Under the pieces are notes generated by a model. That model saw only the letters and a program-made list of their open reading frames with translations, had not been told where the DNA came from and searched no databases. A stretch of DNA of 64,000 nucleotides from Nibricoccus sp. (GTDB lineage Bacteria > Verrucomicrobiota > Verrucomicrobiia > Opitutales > Opitutaceae), in assembly GCA_047602425.1 (NCBI GenBank), contig JASGHG010000001.1, positions 64,001 through 128,000 on the forward strand. Direction: 5' to 3'. Position numbers and translations under genes: made by a program. Positions 58,725 through 64,000 of this stretch are shown piece after piece. Position 1 is the stretch's first letter. Every line of letters starts with the position of its first letter.

Positions 58725-59228
58725 ATGAAAACCACATCCGCTCTCCACTCCTTCGCCGCCGTCATCGGCGCCCTCGTCCTCGCCGCGCTTCCACTGCGCG
58801 CCGAGATGCCGGTCGCCAAAGCCGAACCGTCGACAACCGCCATCGAAAAAGCCATCCTCGAAGCCAATGCCCGGATGATCGAAGCCGCCAACAGCCTGAA
58901 TGCCGACGCGTTCTTCGAGTACATCTTGGATTCGGACAAAGGCGTGATCATTCAAAACGGCGTGATCTTCAAAACCCGCAGTGAAGCGCTCGAGGCGGTC
59001 AAGCGCGGCTTTGTCGGCATCGCCAAATTGAAACGCCAGATCGAAAACCCGCGCGTTATCGTCATCACGCCCGAACTCGCCGTTCTCACCGGCGAAGGCA
59101 ATACCGTCGCCACCCTTCATGATGGCCGAACCATCACCAACCGCTTCGCCATCTCCCTCATTTTCCAATGCAAAGACGGCCAGTGGAAAGTCCTGCAAGG
59201 CCACTACTCTACACCGATCCCAATGTAG
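58725..59228 (+). CDS. Secreted NTF2-like (SnoaL/DUF4440) protein
   Basis: ATG 58725; signal peptide ending LRA; ..DGQWKVLQGHYS. Confidence 0.85.
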   Translation: MKTTSALHSFAAVIGALVLAALPLRAEMPVAKAEPSTTAIEKAILEANARMIEAANSLNADAFFEYILDSDKGVIIQNGVIFKTRSEALEAVKRGFVGIAKLKRQIENPRVIVITPELAVLTGEGNTVATLHDGRTITNRFAISLIFQCKDGQWKVLQGHYSTPIPM

Positions 59229-59553
59229 GCGCTTTCGTCACAGAGCGACCGATGGAGGCTGGTCGCCGTGACCTCATTACGTTGGTTCGTCTCTCCAGTT
59301 GTAATCACGGTTTACCTACAGATAAGCCTTCCTCCGAATCTGGCCACGCAGGCTGCGTCGTTATGCCCAGGAAAGAGCACGACAATTATGCATCGTGCCC
59401 ACCAATTCGTGTCTCTTGCGTAAAGTTCGGTAATATTTCGTACGTATATTTTCGGAAGCTGTTTCTATTTGAATATCGAAACCAACTGCCGCACTAGATA
59501 CGGCGGCCGGTCTCCGGTTCCCGCATCACAACATACAACTCCGAATCCTCCTG

Positions 59554-60078
59554 ATGAAAACGCTGCAAATCGCTAAATACATCTCCGTCCTTCTGGCTTC
59601 CACCTTTGGTTTCACCGGCGTCTATGCCGGCAGTTCGGCCACCAACAATGTCACGGCCGATATCCCCATCGTAAATGAGATCTCCGTCACCGGTGCCGTC
59701 ACCATCACCGTTGCTACGCCGACCGCTGGCGGAAAAACGGGTGGCACGGGTACCGTCGGCGCCACCAATCCGATTCTAAGACTCACCACCAACGAAACGA
59801 ACAAACGCGTCACCGTCTCGCTCGACAATGCCCTTCCCACCGGTGTCACGCTGGGCGTAAAACTCGCGGCCAACAACTCCGGCCTTTCCACCACCGAACT
59901 TACCTCCATCACCACGACCGCCGCCAATCTGCTCACGGGAATAAGCAATCTCTCCACCGATGAGCACGATGCGAGCGGCATCGCCCTGACCTACACGCTC
60001 TACCTCACGGAAGCCGCGGCCCCGGCCCACGGCGCCAACGTGCTCGTTCCGGTGGTAACCTACACCATAACCAGCTAA
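59554..60078 (+). CDS. Secreted pilin-like subunit
   Basis: Signal peptide ending VYA; Thr/Val/Ala-rich beta protein ending VVTYTITS; first gene of the operon. Confidence 0.65.
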   Translation: MKTLQIAKYISVLLASTFGFTGVYAGSSATNNVTADIPIVNEISVTGAVTITVATPTAGGKTGGTGTVGATNPILRLTTNETNKRVTVSLDNALPTGVTLGVKLAANNSGLSTTELTSITTTAANLLTGISNLSTDEHDASGIALTYTLYLTEAAAPAHGANVLVPVVTYTITS

Positions 60079-60102
60079 ACTTCCTACACCAGTCTCCGCC
60101 AC

Positions 60103-60582
60103 ATGAGCCCGCGCACTTCCGTGCTGGCAGTCAAGTGGCTTGGCCTGACGTTGGCGGCTGGGCTCCTCCTTGCCTGGCCGCCTGTCAGTTCCGCCACCGA
60201 CGATATCGTCGTCAATGGCGATGCGAGCTACAGCTTCACCGCTAACGATCTGGCTGCAGGGCCCGGGTCCAACTTCAGCACTCAGATTGTGATCGGAACG
60301 ACTTTCAATCTCCTCGTTACCTCGGACGGGCCGTGTGTCGTGATGGCCAGGCGCTCCGCCTCGGGCTGGCTCACCGCCGGGACGCTTTGGGTCCAGGTAA
60401 AATCAGGAGAAACCTTTGGCGAACCAAAGCCAATCGACATCACCGACCAGACGATATTGACGAGCCCCACTCCGCTCACGAACCAGCTCTACGTCCTACG
60501 CTATGTTTTGAGAAATGTAACCGTGGGCAACGCACCGCGCACTTACTCCGCCGCGGTGACTTTCACCGTGAGCAGCCTCTGA
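60103..60582 (+). CDS. Second secreted pilin-like subunit
   Basis: Signal peptide; ends YSAAVTFTVSSL, similar to the preceding gene. Confidence 0.65.
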   Translation: MSPRTSVLAVKWLGLTLAAGLLLAWPPVSSATDDIVVNGDASYSFTANDLAAGPGSNFSTQIVIGTTFNLLVTSDGPCVVMARRSASGWLTAGTLWVQVKSGETFGEPKPIDITDQTILTSPTPLTNQLYVLRYVLRNVTVGNAPRTYSAAVTFTVSSL

Positions 60583-61397
60583 TGAAAATCGCTCCATCCC
60601 TCTTTCTCGCTTTTGCCTGCGCAGCCTTTTCGCTTTTGCCCAGCATGGCCGAACCTGAGCAACCGGCCCGCGTCCGCTATACTGGCGAGCTGACGCGGGA
60701 GTTCCGGCTTGGACCTGGAGAACAGGCGGAGGGGGAACTGGTTCTACAGAACCCCTCCGCCACCCAGTCCTGCAGCGCACGGATCTATCAAACCGACTAC
60801 CAATACGCGGCCGACGGTTCCGCCGCCTATGACGCACCCGGCTCCACCGCGCGTTCCAATGCCGCTTGGATAGAGATCGACGATCATCAGCCTGAATTGA
60901 AACCCGGCGAGACCCGCGCAATTCCGTTCAAGATCACGCTTCCCCGCGAAGTCGTCCTGCGTGGCACCTACTGGAGCATGATCATGGTCGAACCATTATC
61001 CATCGAACCCGCCTCCGCAGCGCCCGGAACAATGGTGGTTAAATCAGTGATACGTTACGGCATTCAGATCGTCGTGCAGGCCGGCAACGCCGAGGCCAGG
61101 CCCCAATTCTCCCGCCAGCAAATCACCACCGAAAACGGCCGGCGCATCCTCCACCTCGATCTTGCAAATACCGGTGAATACTGGCTCCGCCCGAAAATGG
61201 AGCTCCGTCTCTTCGATGGACGAGGTCATGCGGTCGCCGTTCTTCCCGGCAAAACCCAACATGTTTTTCCCGGCACATCCGTGCGACTCCTCTTCGACCT
61301 GGCAACGCTCGCCCACGGGGACTACCTCGCGTTGATCGTGCTCGACAATGGCGATCAACTGTTTGGCGCACAGTATCGTTTTCGGATCGAAGATTGA
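60582..61397 (+). CDS. Putative periplasmic pilus chaperone (PapD/DUF916-like, two Ig-like domains)
   Basis: ATG 60582 overlaps the preceding TGA; LVLQNPS, WIEI..LKPGE..IPFKITLP..GTYWSMIMVE, second domain LANTG..RP..VFPG. Confidence 0.65.
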   Translation: MKIAPSLFLAFACAAFSLLPSMAEPEQPARVRYTGELTREFRLGPGEQAEGELVLQNPSATQSCSARIYQTDYQYAADGSAAYDAPGSTARSNAAWIEIDDHQPELKPGETRAIPFKITLPREVVLRGTYWSMIMVEPLSIEPASAAPGTMVVKSVIRYGIQIVVQAGNAEARPQFSRQQITTENGRRILHLDLANTGEYWLRPKMELRLFDGRGHAVAVLPGKTQHVFPGTSVRLLFDLATLAHGDYLALIVLDNGDQLFGAQYRFRIED

Positions 61398-64000
61398 GTG
61401 ACTAACTTTGTCCGGGTTCTTCTTTTGGCGAACGCCGTGCTCGCACCGTGGACTGCCTTTTCGCAGACCGCCACGATGCCCGTGATTGAAATTCGCAGCG
61501 GACAATTCGCGGTCGTGCAGCCCGGCGAATTCTTTTCCGCCACACTGGCGGTTCGGTTCAACACGCTTGTTGCCGGGACATGGCGGGACCGGTTGGTTGT
61601 TCCCGAGGGATGGAATGTATTATCGCCCGTCGACCTCCCTTTTACGCCCACCGGTGCCGAGGAGGTTCGCCTCATCGCCGTGGCCGTGCCTCGTGCCGCC
61701 CCAGAGGGCAATTACACGCTTCACTACGTCGTGAGCGCCGAATCCGATCCCACACGCGAACTCGCACGCGCGGAATTCACGGTAAACGTTCCAAAGATAT
61801 CGACGCTCGAAATCAAATCCGAGCTGACGCCGGACTGGGCAATCGCTGGCGAAAAAGTTTCTGTCGCCTGGCGGCTTTCCAACCGGGGAAATCATTCCCT
61901 GCGCATCGACCTCAAGGCCCGCAGCACGCTCGACTACGCCACTACGCTCGCGCCCGCGCAGCTCCAACTCAGCCCGGGAGAAAGCGCCGTTGTCACCGGC
62001 GAGGTTGCAATCCCGCCAAATCTCCGGCGCGAGCAAAACCACGCCTTCCTGCTCGATGCTCGCGTCCACGACGGCACGCAAGTCACCCAGCGCACCACTT
62101 CGATCAGCACGCGGATTATTCCGCGCTTCACCTCCGAGGCTGACTTCGATGACAACCTGAAACTTTCGCTACGCACCAACGCGATCTCGCGCAGAAACGG
62201 CGAGCGCGAAGCCACCGGGCTGCAAACCGAGTTGTTCGGCCGCGGTTTCCTCGACGTCGCGTGCGCCCAACAATTCGATTTCCTCCTGCGTCCCGCTCCC
62301 CTCTCTGGTCCGAACAATGGTCTGCTGCCTCACGAGCAGTATACGTTGAATTACCGCAGCAAAACGCTCGACCTGCTCCTCGGCGACAATCTCTACGCGC
62401 TTTCGCCACTCACCCAGCGCTGGCTTTTCGGCCGGGGTGCCGGCGCTGAGTACCATCGGGCGCCGCTGGCCGTCGGTAGTTACCACGCCACTACACCCTG
62501 GCAGTCGATCGAGTCACGTCAGACCGGCGCCTTTCTGCAATACGACACCTCAGCGAGGCAGCGCCTGCGCGCCAATTTCCTCGACCAGACCACCGAGGAC
62601 CAGTCGGCCTGGGCCGAACCACACGCCAGGCTTTCAAGTCTGCAATGGTTTGCGCGTCCAAGCCCAACAAGTTCGTTCGAAGCCGAGGGCGCCACGAGCG
62701 ATAACAACCAGCACGCGAACGGCGACGCTTACCGGGCCCGGTGGCACGGGCGGGCCGGCTCCAGTTTTTTCTACGATCTCGAACGCATCTATGCCTCGCC
62801 CGACTACTTTGGCTACTACCGCGACCTGAAATCGACCACAGGAAACGCGACGTGGCAGATCGATCCACGTTGGCAAACCCATGCCTCGTTTCAGACAACC
62901 GAAACCAATCTCTCCCTGGACAAAAGGAAGGGCTACGCCCCCGTCACGCGCACTACGACCGCGGGTGTCGATCGCACCATTTCCGACCGGTTCAGCGCCT
63001 CGCTCGACTATAACTTGACCGACTTCGAGTATCGGATTTCCGGATACCAACCTGACTTCACGCAGGAAACTGCCACGCTCGGCGGCCTGTGGCACACCGG
63101 CCTTTTCAGCATTCGGGCGGCCTTCGAGGCCGGGCAGAAACGCCTCGCCACCCTGCCCGCCAGATCCTCCGAGCTTCAGCGTTTCACGCTCTTGGTTTAC
63201 GCGCGCCCAAAACCCACGAGCACCTACTCGCTCTATCTCGGCACGGGCGACAGCCGCTACAATCCCACCGCGCAACGTGAAACAACGATCGTCGGCACCG
63301 CCCAATGGTTGTTGAGCGAAGGTTTTTCCGCGCGGGCCGCCCTCTCCTATAACCGCTACCAAACCACGCGGATCTTCAGCAGCAACGCCGCCGACCTAAA
63401 TCTCTCCTACGATTTCCTTCGCGGTTCGAACGTTCAACTCGGTTTCCGCGTCGCCGAACAAAACAATCGGCAGACCGACCGCACCGTCGCGCTCTCCTAC
63501 ACACTGCCGCTACACGTGCGCACACCGAACCAGCGAAACAGAGGTAGTCTTGAAGGTGTTTTGACGCTGCCGACCGCAACCGGCCCCAAACCTCTCGCTG
63601 GCGTCATCGTGCGGCTCGACCGCTTCCAAGCCGCCACGGACCGGGAAGGGCGCTTTGTTTTCCCGTACTTGAAACCCGGTCGTTACACTCTGTCCGTCGA
63701 CCCGGCTTCGCTCAGCCCCGGCCTCGTGCTCGAGGACAGCCGCCCGGTGCTGACCACCATCGAGCGCGGCCAACGTGCGCGAGTTGAACTCCGGGCGATC
63801 CGTGCCGCACGCATCGATGGCGAAATCGCGCTCTACGCCGCGCACGAAAAGAATGTCGTGCTCTCGACCGACCCGTCCGCATCGTCGGAAGAACTGAGCA
63901 AAACCACCCAACTGCGCCAAATGCTCGTGGAGTTGCAGGGTCCCGATGGCGCGAAACGCCGCACCGTCACCGACGCTTGGGGCCGCTTCACTTTCGACCG
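61398..64000 (+). CDS. Large putative outer-membrane usher-like protein (runs off window end)
   Basis: GTG directly after the chaperone stop; frame appears open to 64000 (three segments translated manually, and the track lists no closed ORF from this start). Signal peptide, Ig-like N-domains (VPEGW..VPRAAPEGNY), amphipathic strands with LLGDNLYALSPLT..GRG, C-terminal TDREGRFVF..PGRYTL domains. Confidence 0.75.
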   Translation, partial: MTNFVRVLLLANAVLAPWTAFSQTATMPVIEIRSGQFAVVQPGEFFSATLAVRFNTLVAGTWRDRLVVPEGWNVLSPVDLPFTPTGAEEVRLIAVAVPRAAPEGNYTLHYVVSAESDPTRELARAEFTVNVPKISTLEIKSELTPDWAIAGEKVSVAWRLSNRGNHSLRIDLKARSTLDYATTLAPAQLQLSPGESAVVTGEVAIPPNLRREQNHAFLLDARVHDGTQVTQRTTSISTRIIPRFTSEADFDDNLKLSLRTNAISRRNGEREATGLQTELFGRGFLDVACAQQFDFLLRPAPLSGPNNGLLPHEQYTLNYRSKTLDLLLGDNLYALSPLTQRWLFGRGAGAEYHRAPLAVGSYHATTPWQSIESRQTGAFLQYDTSARQRLRANFLDQTTEDQSAWAEPHARLSSLQWFARPSPTSSFEAEGATSDNNQHANGDAYRARWHGRAGSSFFYDLERIYASPDYFGYYRDLKSTTGNATWQIDPRWQTHASFQTTETNLSLDKRKGYAPVTRTTTAGVDRTISDRFSASLDYNLTDFEYRISGYQPDFTQETATLGGLWHTGLFSIRAAFEAGQKRLATLPARSSELQRFTLLVYARPKPTSTYSLYLGTGDSRYNPTAQRETTIVGTAQWLLSEGFSARAALSYNRYQTTRIFSSNAADLNLSYDFLRGSNVQLGFRVAEQNNRQTDRTVALSYTLPLHVRTPNQRNRGSLEGVLTLPTATGPKPLAGVIVRLDRFQAATDREGRFVFPYLKPGRYTLSVDPASLSPGLVLEDSRPVLTTIERGQRARVELRAIRAARIDGEIALYAAHEKNVVLSTDPSASSEELSKTTQLRQMLVELQGPDGAKRRTVTDAWGRFTFD

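Noticed and set aside
59229..59553. c-di-GMP riboswitch upstream of the pilin-like operon
   Set aside because: No recognisable class I or II consensus; only a hairpin at 59237-59272 without a U-tract.
1..64000. CRISPR array, IS element or prophage
   Set aside because: No regularly spaced direct repeats, cas, transposase or phage genes seen; repeats in 46308-53453 are protein-domain repeats.

Overview
GC-rich bacterial chromosomal segment, most likely Verrucomicrobiota (Opitutaceae-like; inferred from gene families, not proven). It holds about 48 CDS and one tRNA-Gly(CCC). I saw no CRISPR array, integrase or transposase. Housekeeping genes include recR, ybaB/ebfC, mpg, rplU-rpmA, an aas-like gene, an NtrC-type regulator, a beta-CASP MBL hydrolase and a Ski2-like helicase. 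Accessory modules include a 1548-aa SF1 helicase/Vsr-like nuclease, an ABC-ATPase plus frameshifted TOPRIM-like gene pair, a XylR-linked GH43/GH39/GH2 cluster, a GH35, a DUF3142/TPR pair, a 2381-aa RCC1/FG-GAP/HYR/Ig surface protein, an ECF sigma/anti-sigma/Tat-nitroreductase operon, and a divergent chaperone-usher-like operon truncated at the window end. Best candidates for undescribed biology: (1) a MamK-like actin with two putative adaptor/anchor genes and no magnetosome genes; (2) a small HTH gene with two GTCAT-N7-ATGAC palindromes upstream and a third copy about 11.6 kb away; (3) the non-canonical chaperone-usher-like operon; (4) a fatty-acid hydroxylase/desaturase-PAQR fusion; (5) repeats inserted in frame inside a helicase gene. 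All family assignments come from motif recognition by eye; no searches were run.
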